64,000 nucleotides of DNA from an uncultured bacterium (GTDB taxonomy: Bacteria; Campylobacterota; Campylobacteria; Campylobacterales; Sulfurovaceae), in contig CBFCXZ010000009.1 of the NCBI GenBank assembly GCA_965602275.1, forward strand, positions 6,719 to 70,718, written 5' to 3'. The notes under the pieces were generated by a model. That model saw only the letters and a list, made by a program, of their open reading frames with translations, had not been told where the DNA came from and made no database searches. A program made the translations under genes and the position numbers. Shown in pieces: positions 28,911 through 37,864 of this stretch. The stretch's first letter is position 1. Each line of letters starts with the position of its first letter.

Positions 28911-29327
28911 ATGCAAAAATCAGACTATATATTACGTAAATGTACTAAAATCATTTTTTTTCTTTTTCTTAGTATCAATATTCTTCATGGTGGTAAAATG
29001 ACTCAAACACAGTTTGAGAGTATCAAAGTCAAATGCGATAATAATGATGGTGCAGCCTGTGCAAGACTCTATTACTTCTATATCTCCAGTAAACACTCTT
29101 TTCTTTCGGGGCTTAAAGTAGATAAAAAGAGAGCACTGCACTATGCACAAAAAGGGTGCCATTTAGAGGATGAGGATGGATGCTTCACTGCAGGTATGAC
29201 ACTCTATTATGGGGATAAAATTGCAGGTATTCTTCCAGATAGAGAACAGGGTCGTAAGTATCTTAAAAGGTCATGTGAACTAGGTAAAGAGGATGTCTGT
29301 ACCTTTTTTCTCAATAAAAACTTTTAG
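28911..29327 (+). CDS. Exported Sel1-like repeat (Hcp-like Cys-rich) protein
   Basis: Hydrophobic N-terminus. KC...DG.AC, A...KGC...D..GC and L.RSC.LG...C repeats. Confidence 0.75.
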   Translation: MQKSDYILRKCTKIIFFLFLSINILHGGKMTQTQFESIKVKCDNNDGAACARLYYFYISSKHSFLSGLKVDKKRALHYAQKGCHLEDEDGCFTAGMTLYYGDKIAGILPDREQGRKYLKRSCELGKEDVCTFFLNKNF

Positions 29328-29389
29328 CTTCGCCTTTAAAAAACAAATACAAGGATCAAATAGACATTTATACTACAAAAACATATGCG

Positions 29390-30076
29390 TTATTTCCTTG
29401 TAGTTGTCATACTCAATCCAAGCCAGTCATCCATCCCACCTCTGTACCATTTTATCTTTTCCGGCGGATAACCTAAAGCGAGCAGTGCTTTTACCATATT
29501 TGGAGATTGGCTGCACCATGCACCATTGCAAAATAGTAAAATAGTTTTAGCTTTAGAAAAGTCAAAAGGCTTTTTTATACCAATAATACCAAGTTTTGAT
29601 AAAGATGCTTTATATTCCTCTTCAAATACTTTGGGTTTCATAATATAGACATAATGAATATTCATCGCACCGGGTATCGTACGATATTCATACCACTCTT
29701 CATCTCTGGTATCTATAAAAAGCATCATACTGTCATGCTGCATTTTTTTGACAAATGCCATCACTTCCATTTCACCATAAGTTTCTATATCTTTATGGAT
29801 CTGCATAGGGAATATAACTTTTCCCGCACTTGTAATAAAGGTTGACTTACAAGCTTTTGGTACCGTATTATGGGCATACTTAGCTTTCCAAAACACATCA
29901 TTACTGATATGTATATCCATACATTTAGGATCGATCTCACGTTCTATGGTGATCTGTTTTTTCTCACCTTTACTGTTGATGTAGTCTGTTTTTACACCGG
30001 TAAACTGCAATGAGATGTCGTTTGAAGAAAGGATATTAAGTATCATAAAAAAAACCAGGGTAATTTTAATCATCAT
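29390..30076 (-). CDS. Periplasmic rhodanese-like sulfurtransferase
   Basis: Signal peptide. IDTR, TIPGA.NI, LFCNGAWCSQS and WYRGGM..W. Confidence 0.9.
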   Translation of the reverse strand: MMIKITLVFFMILNILSSNDISLQFTGVKTDYINSKGEKKQITIEREIDPKCMDIHISNDVFWKAKYAHNTVPKACKSTFITSAGKVIFPMQIHKDIETYGEMEVMAFVKKMQHDSMMLFIDTRDEEWYEYRTIPGAMNIHYVYIMKPKVFEEEYKASLSKLGIIGIKKPFDFSKAKTILLFCNGAWCSQSPNMVKALLALGYPPEKIKWYRGGMDDWLGLSMTTTRK

Positions 30077-30111
30077 AGACTCCTTTTATGAATTATAATA
30101 ATAGAAGTCTA

Positions 30112-30128
30112 TGTAGTAGTTGTGTAGT
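30112..30128 (-). promoter_or_regulatory. Tandem 11-bp-periodic direct-repeat box (ACTACA-N5-ACTACA) upstream of the rhodanese gene
   Basis: TGTAGTAGTTGTGTAGT, 15/17 identical to 37722-37738. Lies just upstream of -10-like hexamers. Confidence 0.5.
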
Positions 30129-30143
30129 AAATATCTTAAATAA

Positions 30144-30827
30144 TTATTTCCGTGTGGATGTCATACCCGCACTAAGCCAATCTTGCATGCCTCCACGATA
30201 CCATTTTATCTTCTCTGCGGGGTAACCTATCTCTAAAAGGGCATAGATCATTGCAGGGGATTGACTGCACCATGGGCCGTTACAAAAAAGTACCAGTATT
30301 TTGGCTTCGCTAAAATCAAACTCATCATCTTTTCCGATATAAACACCCATATGCTTTAAACCGTACTCAAACTGAAATTCAAAAGAGTCTCTCTCTTTAA
30401 AGTAGTGAAAAGGCATATTGATCGCACCGGGGATAGTACGATAATCAAACCATGGTTTTTTACGACTGTCAATGAGCAGCATCGTATCATCATGTTGCAT
30501 CTGTTTGATAAATGCCAACACTTCCAACTCTCCATAGGTCTCCAAATCTTCATCCAAATGCATGGGTAAAAGTTTTCCGGGTGTTACAACAAAGGTAAAT
30601 TTACATGCATCAGGTACTTTGGCATTGGCATAGTTTCCTTCCCATAACATCGTATTGTTAATAGGAACTTTCTTACATATAGGGTCAATGTCTCGTTTCA
30701 CAACGATATCTTCTACTTGGCTTTTAGATCTGTCTTTAACCATAATGCCACTGTATTCAAAACCTTTATTAGCAGCGAATAAAAATGAAGTTAAAAGTAA
30801 AGAAAGCAGTATATTTTTTATAAACAT
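30144..30827 (-). CDS. Periplasmic rhodanese-like sulfurtransferase (tandem paralog)
   Basis: Same motifs as the neighbouring gene (LFCNGPWCSQS, WYRGGMQDW). Confidence 0.9.
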   Translation of the reverse strand: MFIKNILLSLLLTSFLFAANKGFEYSGIMVKDRSKSQVEDIVVKRDIDPICKKVPINNTMLWEGNYANAKVPDACKFTFVVTPGKLLPMHLDEDLETYGELEVLAFIKQMQHDDTMLLIDSRKKPWFDYRTIPGAINMPFHYFKERDSFEFQFEYGLKHMGVYIGKDDEFDFSEAKILVLFCNGPWCSQSPAMIYALLEIGYPAEKIKWYRGGMQDWLSAGMTSTRK

Positions 30828-30919
30828 TTTATATCCTTATACATATATTTATTTTATATTAGCATAAAAGTTGTGTGAGTCAAGAGTAAAAAGGAAGAAA
30901 TTAATAAAGAAGAGAAGTG

Positions 30920-30944
30920 ATACGCTAGAAAGTGTCTAGCGTAT
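30920..30944. terminator. Hairpin terminator downstream of the SulP gene
   Basis: ATACGCTAGA / TCTAGCGTAT 10-bp stem. Confidence 0.6.
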
Positions 30945-30959
30945 GGTAAGAGTATTAAA

Positions 30960-32546
30960 TTATACGTTTGTCGCTACTTTATAGGTAGGATCATCCTCTT
31001 CATAGGTACAGAAAGGACCTGCTGATTTGAGTGTCTTCTTACAATCCTCAGAGAGGTGTCTAAGCGTAAGTTTTTTACCGGCTTTTTTATATTTATCCGT
31101 GATCGCATCGATGGCTTCAGAACCTGAACTGTCCATTACTCTGGCATCTTTAAAGTCTATGACTACAACTTCAGGATCATTTTCTATATCAAACTGTTCG
31201 TTAAATGAAGTCACAGAAGCAAAGAAAAGAGGACCATCAAGTTCATAAATTTTTCTTCCTTTTTCGTCCGTATGTGTACGAGCAAAGATCTTTGCGTGTT
31301 CCCAGGCAAATACCAATGCAGAGATGATGATACCTGCTATAACAGCTACGGCAAGGTCTTCAAATACAGTGATGATTGTTACAGTTACAAGTACAAATGC
31401 ATCTGAACGAGGCATATGTTTGATACGTTTCAGTGAAGAGAACTCAAAAGTACCGATACTCACCATAAACATGATCCCCACAAGTACTGCTACAGGGATA
31501 ACTGCGATAACATCGGAAAAGCTCACCACAAGGATGATGAGCAATACTGCTGCTGTAAATGAGGAAAGACGACCCAAACCACCAGAAGTAAAGTTAATGA
31601 TACTCTGACCGATCATCGCACATCCAGCCATACCACCAAAAAGTCCAGAAGTAGTATTTCCTACACCAAGTGCGATACACTCTTTGTTGCCAGAACCACG
31701 CTTTCCACCCATTTCATCCAGTACTGAAAGCGTAAGCAGAGATTCGATAAGCCCAACCAATGCAACGATAAGTGCTGTAGGAAGTATAATGGCCATCGAT
31801 GCAAATGTAAAGAGTTCTGCAACCGGCATTACAAACGAAGGCATGGATACATTTGAAAGGTCTGCAAGGTCACCTACGATCTTCGTATCAATATGCATAA
31901 GGTACGTTACAAGAGTAAGAACAACGATAGCCACAAGCCCTGCAGGGGCAGCTTTACTGACTTTAGGCAAGAAGTGCATCGTCGCCATAGTAAGAACCAC
32001 GATAATATACATAACGTAATTTTCTGAAAAACTGGCAGAGATGATCTCCATCCAGCTACCACTGTATTGTTCCATATTTTTAGGTGCAAGGAAAGGAAGT
32101 TGTGCCAATGCGATGACGATAGCCAAACCATTTACAAAGCCAAAGAGGGCAGGTTGAGGCACAAGACGGATGAACTTACCCATTTTGAGGAGTCCAATAC
32201 CTATCTGTATGAGTCCTGCGATGATGGAAGTGAGTAAGATATAGTGCAGTATCATCATAGAAAGTGCATCTTTACTCAACTCGGGATACATCTCAGCTAC
32301 AGAAAGACCAAGACCTACAAATACCACAGCTACAGCTCCGGTAGCCCCAGAGATCATCCCTGGTTTACCACCGATGAGTGCAGTCACAAGACCGATGATA
32401 AATGCTCCATAAAGACCAACCACAGGAGAAACTCCAGCGATAAATGAAAATGCTATCGCTTCAGGCACAAGTGCAACGGCTACAAGTGCTCCGGAGAGGA
32501 TGTCATTTTTGATGTTTTGTTTCGAATAGTTTTGAATGTTAAACAC
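30960..32546 (-). CDS. SulP/SLC26 anion (bicarbonate/sulfate) permease with STAS domain
   Basis: VALVPEAIAF, PGMISGATGA, GGMAGCAMIGQS and C-terminal GPLFFAS STAS domain. Confidence 0.95.
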   Translation of the reverse strand: MFNIQNYSKQNIKNDILSGALVAVALVPEAIAFSFIAGVSPVVGLYGAFIIGLVTALIGGKPGMISGATGAVAVVFVGLGLSVAEMYPELSKDALSMMILHYILLTSIIAGLIQIGIGLLKMGKFIRLVPQPALFGFVNGLAIVIALAQLPFLAPKNMEQYSGSWMEIISASFSENYVMYIIVVLTMATMHFLPKVSKAAPAGLVAIVVLTLVTYLMHIDTKIVGDLADLSNVSMPSFVMPVAELFTFASMAIILPTALIVALVGLIESLLTLSVLDEMGGKRGSGNKECIALGVGNTTSGLFGGMAGCAMIGQSIINFTSGGLGRLSSFTAAVLLIILVVSFSDVIAVIPVAVLVGIMFMVSIGTFEFSSLKRIKHMPRSDAFVLVTVTIITVFEDLAVAVIAGIIISALVFAWEHAKIFARTHTDEKGRKIYELDGPLFFASVTSFNEQFDIENDPEVVVIDFKDARVMDSSGSEAIDAITDKYKKAGKKLTLRHLSEDCKKTLKSAGPFCTYEEDDPTYKVATNV

Positions 32547-33064
32547 ATCAATTCCTTACATATCTAAAAGTTTTGGAATTTTACCATAATTGTTTATGGG
32601 GAAGATTTGTTTATACTTTAAACCTCGTTTACACAGTCTTGATGGAAGCAAGAAAAAAAGCCTGGGAGAGACAGAAAGTATAAGATCACGCCAAGGGTGA
32701 ATAGCCAATGTCACCATAGCACCGTAATGCTTTTCATTTGTTACTATCATCTCGGCACCAAAACTTACTGAAAAGTACTTTTCAATTCCGTCACCTTCCA
32801 ATCGTTTCAGAAGATGCAAATGTAGATTGACACCTTCTTCTCCCTCAGTTTTCAAGTTTGCACTTTCTCTTCTCTCTGTTTAATACTTTCCATCATCATA
32901 CTTTCCTTGCGTATAATTAATGTTATAGAAAATTATATCTTAAAGAATTTATCAAACTTCTATCATTAGCAGTTATATTTGTAAATAATTATTGAAAAAT
33001 TTTCACTTACTCCTGATTTTATGTTACAATAAAACAGAAACGCAAATAAATGGAGGTAAACATT

Positions 33065-33304
33065 ATGAAGAAATTACATTTAACGATCGCTTTAGTAGCA
33101 GGTGCAAGTATAGTTCTAATGACAGGATGTGCAACTAAAACACAAACTGGTGCAGCAATTGGTGCAGGTACAGGAGCATTAATAGGACAAGCTGTTGGTG
33201 GTAACACTGCTTCAACTCTTGCAGGAGCAGCGATAGGTGGTCTTGCAGGTGGTGCCATTGGTCAGAATGAAGATAGGAAAGACAGAGAAGCAGGACGTTA
33301 CTAA
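33065..33304 (+). CDS. Glycine-zipper lipoprotein
   Basis: Lipobox LMTGC. GAAIGAGTGALIG…GAAIGGLAGGAIG. Confidence 0.88.
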   Translation: MKKLHLTIALVAGASIVLMTGCATKTQTGAAIGAGTGALIGQAVGGNTASTLAGAAIGGLAGGAIGQNEDRKDREAGRY

Positions 33305-33321
33305 TAGATAACCATCGGGTC

Positions 33322-33356
33322 TATTATGAGGGTGGGGCTTGGCGACCCTCATAATA
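33322..33356. terminator. Strong hairpin between convergent genes
   Basis: TATTATGAGGGT / ACCCTCATAATA 12-bp perfect stem. Confidence 0.7.
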
Positions 33357-33406
33357 TAGAAATATCTTCATTTAATTATCATAAACTTTAAATACAATAT
33401 TACACT

Positions 33407-34645
33407 TTACTGAGCATCTTTAACTGCTTGTTCTCTTAACTTATCTTTCTTACTTTTTCTTTTACCTTTCACAGGTGCTTTACCTTTCTCTTTGATGGGT
33501 GCATTACCCTTAAGTTCATACCCTTTTATCTGTTCTCTTTCCAGCTTAATGTTACTACGCTTTTCTATAAGTTTAAAATGATCTTGTTCTTCATGTCCTA
33601 TGAATGTCACAGCTAGACCAGACTTGCCAGCTCTTCCTGTTCGTCCTATACGGTGGATGTAGTCAGCCGGGGAGCGTGGCAAGTCATAGTTTACGACACA
33701 AGATATGTCATCTATATCCAACCCGCGTGAAACCAAATCTGTTGCAAACAAAATCTGTATTTTCTTGGCTTTAAACTGTTCTAGCGTATAGTTACGGTCT
33801 TCTTGCGTTAAGTCACCATGAAAAGACTCTGCCAAATAACCACGTTTTCTAAACTTCTCAGCGATGTTGTCTGTGGCTCTTTTGTTCGCCATAAATACCA
33901 GTATGCTTTTCCATTTTTCTTTCTTCATTAAGTGTCTAAGTAAAGGCCCTCTGTTTTCAGGATTTACTTCTATGACCCTTTGGACTATTTTCTCAACTAC
34001 AGGTGCTTCATCTTCAATGCTCACTTCTATAGGGTTTTGTGTGATTTTTGAAGCTATGTCGAGCATTTTTTGAGGATAAGTTGCAGAAAAGAGAAGGTTT
34101 TGACGTTGGGAAGGTATCTCGTCCAATACAAGATCAAGTTCTTCTGAAAATCCAAGGTTCAGCATCTTGTCTGCTTCATCAAGTACAAAATATTCTAATT
34201 TAGAAAGATTCATCTGCTTCTTAGAAAGTACATCCAAAAGACGACCGGAAGTAGCCACAACAATATCACACCCCTGCTGTATGGCATAAAGCTGATCACC
34301 GATGCTTTCTCCACCAATGATAGAAACTACCTTTGGCTTACGAGCTAAACCGTTTCCAAAAGTAGAAAAATATTCTGCTACTTGAAGTGTAAGCTCACGA
34401 GTAGGGGTCAAAACCAAAACCTTGATCTTTGCCTTTCCCTCTGGTATATTCTGAGACCAAAGCTCCAAGATAGGCAAAACAAAACTGGCACTCTTTCCAC
34501 TTCCTGTTTGAGCTTTTGCTATGATATCATTCTTTTCTAGAACTAAGGGGATTACTTTTCCCTGGACAGTGGTTGGTTTAGTATAATTATTTTCTTGTAG
34601 AGATTTTTGTATGGGAGTTGATAGGTTTAGGTTTTTAAATAGCAT
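33407..34645 (-). CDS. DEAD-box RNA helicase
   Basis: AQTGSGKS, PTRELT, DEAD, SAT and HRIGRTGR. Confidence 0.96.
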   Translation of the reverse strand: MLFKNLNLSTPIQKSLQENNYTKPTTVQGKVIPLVLEKNDIIAKAQTGSGKSASFVLPILELWSQNIPEGKAKIKVLVLTPTRELTLQVAEYFSTFGNGLARKPKVVSIIGGESIGDQLYAIQQGCDIVVATSGRLLDVLSKKQMNLSKLEYFVLDEADKMLNLGFSEELDLVLDEIPSQRQNLLFSATYPQKMLDIASKITQNPIEVSIEDEAPVVEKIVQRVIEVNPENRGPLLRHLMKKEKWKSILVFMANKRATDNIAEKFRKRGYLAESFHGDLTQEDRNYTLEQFKAKKIQILFATDLVSRGLDIDDISCVVNYDLPRSPADYIHRIGRTGRAGKSGLAVTFIGHEEQDHFKLIEKRSNIKLEREQIKGYELKGNAPIKEKGKAPVKGKRKSKKDKLREQAVKDAQ

Positions 34646-34653
34646 GTAGCTTC

Positions 34654-34685
34654 CTCGTTACGTCTCTCATGTGGCGTAATGTATA
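34654..34685 (+). repeat. REP-like palindrome, copy A
   Basis: CTCGTTACGTCTCTCATGTGGCGTAATGTATA. Shares a 16-nt exact match (CCTCGTTACGTCTCTC) with inverted copy B. Confidence 0.7.
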
Positions 34686-34817
34686 TAGTGTTTATTATAC
34701 AATAGAATCCTCTGAATAACCATGGACTTTGAGTTATGGGCACTTCTAATTTTTAATTGAAGTATGTATTACACCTTGGAAAGGTGCAAAGAGAGAGAAA
34801 GCGAATGAGAATTATTA

Positions 34818-35156
34818 TTAATCGTAGACATCATCCATATTGAAACTATAATCTGGCTCAATATCAGGAATAGCATCAAGGGAGTTTGGATCAACTTCAA
34901 GTTCCGATAGATCAAAGTTCTTTCCCTGATAAAATGTTTGCTCTTTAGCATACTTCTCTTCTCTTTTCATCTGCTCTTGAATCTGCTTTTCAGCTCTTTT
35001 TGCTTTTACACTGTCATTATTTTCAGATTTCTCTTTTGCTTTTGTACTAGTATTATTTTCAGTATTTGACTTTGTTTTTATGCTATTATTGTTTTCAGCA
35101 TTCAACACTACGCTTAAAGAGCCTATCAAAAAAATCGATAGAAATAGTTTTTTCAT
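34818..35156 (-). CDS. Exported hypothetical protein (N/K/E-rich)
   Basis: AAGG RBS, MKK signal peptide ending …LNA. Lies between REP copies A and B. Confidence 0.75.
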   Translation of the reverse strand: MKKLFLSIFLIGSLSVVLNAENNNSIKTKSNTENNTSTKAKEKSENNDSVKAKRAEKQIQEQMKREEKYAKEQTFYQGKNFDLSELEVDPNSLDAIPDIEPDYSFNMDDVYD

Positions 35157-35298
35157 AATTTAACCTTATTTTATTATTTACTTTTAATTATACAAGTATA
35201 GTATTAATAGAATATTAATACAATTTTTTTACAAAATATATTTCTTCTATAAATAGGGGAATGGGTGTGTCAAAAAAGCGTAACAACCACTTAAAGTG

Positions 35299-35327
35299 GA
35301 CATTGTGCCTTAGAGAGACGTAACGAG
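35299..35327 (-). repeat. REP-like palindrome, copy B (overlaps the epimerase stop)
   Basis: Reverse complement CTCGTTACGTCTCTCTAAGGCACAATGTC, which encodes LVTSL* of the epimerase. Confidence 0.7.
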
Positions 35328-36389
35328 GGAAGCGCCCAATCCTACACTGTCACTTAAGATAATGTTACTTTCATCAAACAGAATACTCATCTCCACAGGA
35401 TGAGAAGCTAAAAGACTTACAGCATCCAAGTCAAGCATCGTAATTACATCAGCCTTGGCAGAAGCTACATGTACACCTGCTGCTACAGAGATGGGCCCTT
35501 CCAGCATACAGCCTATCATACATTTTACACCAAATGCTTTGGAAAGATCAGCAAGTTCAAGAGCTTGTGTGATACCTGCGGTTTTGGCCAGTTTGATATT
35601 GACGTAGTCTATGGCTTGCATCTCAAGCAGTTTTCTTGCATCTTTAATGCTGAAGATGGATTCATCTGCAAGTAGGGGAGTTTGAACTCTCTCTTTAATG
35701 TAGCGTAGTCCTTTTATATCATCTGCTCGTACAGGCTGCTCTATGAATTCTGCGATGATGTTTTCTTTCTCAAGGGCATGAAGTAGGTTGACAGACTCTT
35801 TGGCTGTCCATCCCTGATTTGCATCAAGTCTTAGTTTGATATTTCTATCCAAAGTACTATGTATGGCTTTTACTCTCTCTATATCTTTTTGTGGATCATC
35901 ACCTATCTTTATTTTGAGTGTGTCATAGCCTAAACTTACAGCATCAAGAGAGTCTGCTATCATCTTGTCTATCTCACCCATGCTTATAGTGATGTCGGTT
36001 TTAAAATGGGTTTGTGTCCCACCAAGCATTTGGTAGAGGGGTTGTCTAGCTACTTTGGCTTTTAGATCGTAAAGGGCTATTTCCAGAGCAGATTTAGCTG
36101 TAGTATTTTTTAATATTAAATTATGAAGCAAGCCTAAAATAGTATCAAAATCTTCTATCTCTTTGCCCAGTATAAAAGGCTTTATATACTCGATGACAGC
36201 GATCATAGAACCCATCGTCTCACCCGTGATGACAGGTGTGGGGGCACCTTCACCATAGCCTACAGAACCATCATCACACTCAATGATAACCACAAGGTCT
36301 TCGAGTGCATCTACACGACGTAAAGAGGTGATGAAAGGGTTTTTAAGTGGAGCTTTGAGAATATTGGTTCGTATGTTGCTTATTTTCAT
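35310..36389 (-). CDS. L-Ala-D/L-Glu dipeptide epimerase (enolase superfamily)
   Basis: PFITSLR, GYGE, KIKIG, LDANQGW, EQP, ADES, NIKL.K and DLD. Confidence 0.93.
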   Translation of the reverse strand: MKISNIRTNILKAPLKNPFITSLRRVDALEDLVVIIECDDGSVGYGEGAPTPVITGETMGSMIAVIEYIKPFILGKEIEDFDTILGLLHNLILKNTTAKSALEIALYDLKAKVARQPLYQMLGGTQTHFKTDITISMGEIDKMIADSLDAVSLGYDTLKIKIGDDPQKDIERVKAIHSTLDRNIKLRLDANQGWTAKESVNLLHALEKENIIAEFIEQPVRADDIKGLRYIKERVQTPLLADESIFSIKDARKLLEMQAIDYVNIKLAKTAGITQALELADLSKAFGVKCMIGCMLEGPISVAAGVHVASAKADVITMLDLDAVSLLASHPVEMSILFDESNIILSDSVGLGASLVTSL

Positions 36390-36392
36390 ATG

Positions 36393-36749
36393 TTATTTTT
36401 GCAGGCTTTGAATGACATCGCTGATGTCACCTTTACGTATAGTATATTTGATATGGTTTGATTTTAACTGTTTGATGAGTTTGTCTCCAAAATTTGAAGC
36501 GATCATTTCTGATACCTTTTTCTCTTTTAGCATAGCTACCAACTTTGAGCTGGCTCCTCCCTGTATATCTTTATGTGGGTTTTTCATGGTTTCCAATACT
36601 TTACCTTCGTTATCAAAGAACATATAATAGTCACATCGTGAAGCTTCTAAAGCAATCTCTGCTTCGAAAGTCTCTCCCGTACTTGCTACTACGATAACAT
36701 TAGAAAATAAACTACTACATATGATGAGTAAACCAATAATCCATTTCAT
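36393..36749 (-). CDS. NifB/NifX family (dinitrogenase FeMo-cofactor domain) protein with signal peptide
   Basis: VAS.G…I…SRCDYY.FFD, NPH…GGA and FGDK pattern. N-terminal hydrophobic leader. Confidence 0.7.
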   Translation of the reverse strand: MKWIIGLLIICSSLFSNVIVVASTGETFEAEIALEASRCDYYMFFDNEGKVLETMKNPHKDIQGGASSKLVAMLKEKKVSEMIASNFGDKLIKQLKSNHIKYTIRKGDISDVIQSLQK

Positions 36750-36751
36750 AA

Positions 36752-36982
36752 TTAAACCTTACCTTCTAAACTTTCAATCTCTCGTATCTTAGCTCCCAAC
36801 CCTTTTATCCGTGTTGCAAGTTTTTCTCTTTTTTGCAAGATGAGATCTTCTTCAAACTCATCATCTGCATATTCCAGGTTTTGTTCGTAGCTCTTATACT
36901 CTTTAAGCAGTTCTGCTTTGAGGTCTATGTATTCAGGTTTCTTTTCTACTTCTGTTTTTTGTTCATCTGTTAATGTTGTCAT
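36752..36982 (-). CDS. Hypothetical coiled-coil protein
   Basis: AAGGA RBS. Operonic with downstream genes. E/K-rich helices. Confidence 0.7.
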   Translation of the reverse strand: MTTLTDEQKTEVEKKPEYIDLKAELLKEYKSYEQNLEYADDEFEEDLILQKREKLATRIKGLGAKIREIESLEGKV

Positions 36983-37148
36983 TTAAAATCCTTCTGTGTT
37001 TCATTTATTATATAAAAATGTTTTATACAAATTGCTGTTATTGCATAGAAAAGTAATGATTCGGGGATGTATTATGGGGAACTACCGGTAGACTATAACT
37101 TCTTCCTCTTCTTCCCATCACTTTGGATAGGAAGAAAAGATTTAAGTT

Positions 37149-37676
37149 CTAGTATCTTCTGCTCTCTCTATCTGATCTGCGATCACGTCTATCTCTTCTA
37201 ACTTTATCTCTCTTCTGTTTTTTATATCCATAACGCCCTTCGACTGCTTTATAGCGTCTACCTTTATAATAGCGATGTCCCCTGTCATAATAGTGACCAC
37301 TACGGTATTTACGTCCACGATAGTGATAATATCCATTTTTATAAATTCCACCATATAAGTATCCACCATTGTAATAGTAGTAAGGTCTGTCATAATAGTT
37401 ATAGTTATAACGATGATGACGATAGTAACGACCACCATGGTATCTATGTCCACGATAATAGTAATACCCATTACGATAAGATCCACCATAGTAGTATCTG
37501 TTATTATAATAGTAGTAAGGTCTATTAGTATAGTGCGGGTAAGTATATGAAGCTAAAACTGCACCTGTTGCAAGTCCAGATACAAAAGCCCGATCTTGCG
37601 GTGTACAACCTGTGAATAACAGTGTCGCGCTAAGCGCACCGATCACACCTAAATGTTTAAGTTTTTTTCTTATCAT
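37149..37676 (-). CDS. Tyr/Gly/Arg-rich low-complexity lipoprotein (two repeat units)
   Basis: AAGGAG RBS, lipobox LFTGC, repeated PYYY…YYYGG.Y.NGYY.YRG units. Paralog at 41845-42222. Confidence 0.82.
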   Translation of the reverse strand: MIRKKLKHLGVIGALSATLLFTGCTPQDRAFVSGLATGAVLASYTYPHYTNRPYYYYNNRYYYGGSYRNGYYYYRGHRYHGGRYYRHHRYNYNYYDRPYYYYNGGYLYGGIYKNGYYHYRGRKYRSGHYYDRGHRYYKGRRYKAVEGRYGYKKQKRDKVRRDRRDRRSDRESRRY

Positions 37677-37721
37677 ATTGGACTCCTTTTATATTTTATT
37701 TTATATAGTATATCAGAAAAG

Positions 37722-37738
37722 TGTAGTTATTGTGTAGT
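37722..37738 (-). promoter_or_regulatory. Tandem direct-repeat box (ACTACA-N5-ACTACA) followed 9 nt later by TATACT
   Basis: TGTAGTTATTGTGTAGT, upstream of the Tyr-rich lipoprotein gene. Confidence 0.5.
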
Positions 37739-37743
37739 TTATT

Positions 37744-37766
37744 TAATCAGAGGAGGGTCTAATTCC
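37744..37766 (+). repeat. 23-nt motif shared with 20628-20650
   Basis: 21/23 identity, inverted orientation. Confidence 0.6.
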
Positions 37767-37864
37767 CCGAGGAGATTCAAATAATTGGTCTCTATCGTAT
37801 CAAGCCTGAAGCAGTAGAAAACTGAGTATCATCCAGTGAATAATTATGACTATGTGAGATACTT

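Noticed and set aside
37142-37489. Ile/Val/Thr-rich ORF overlapping the Tyr-rich gene (also 41808-42107, 41856-42134 and 41866-42171)
   Set aside because: Alternate-frame or antisense shadows of low-complexity Tyr codons. No RBS or domain.
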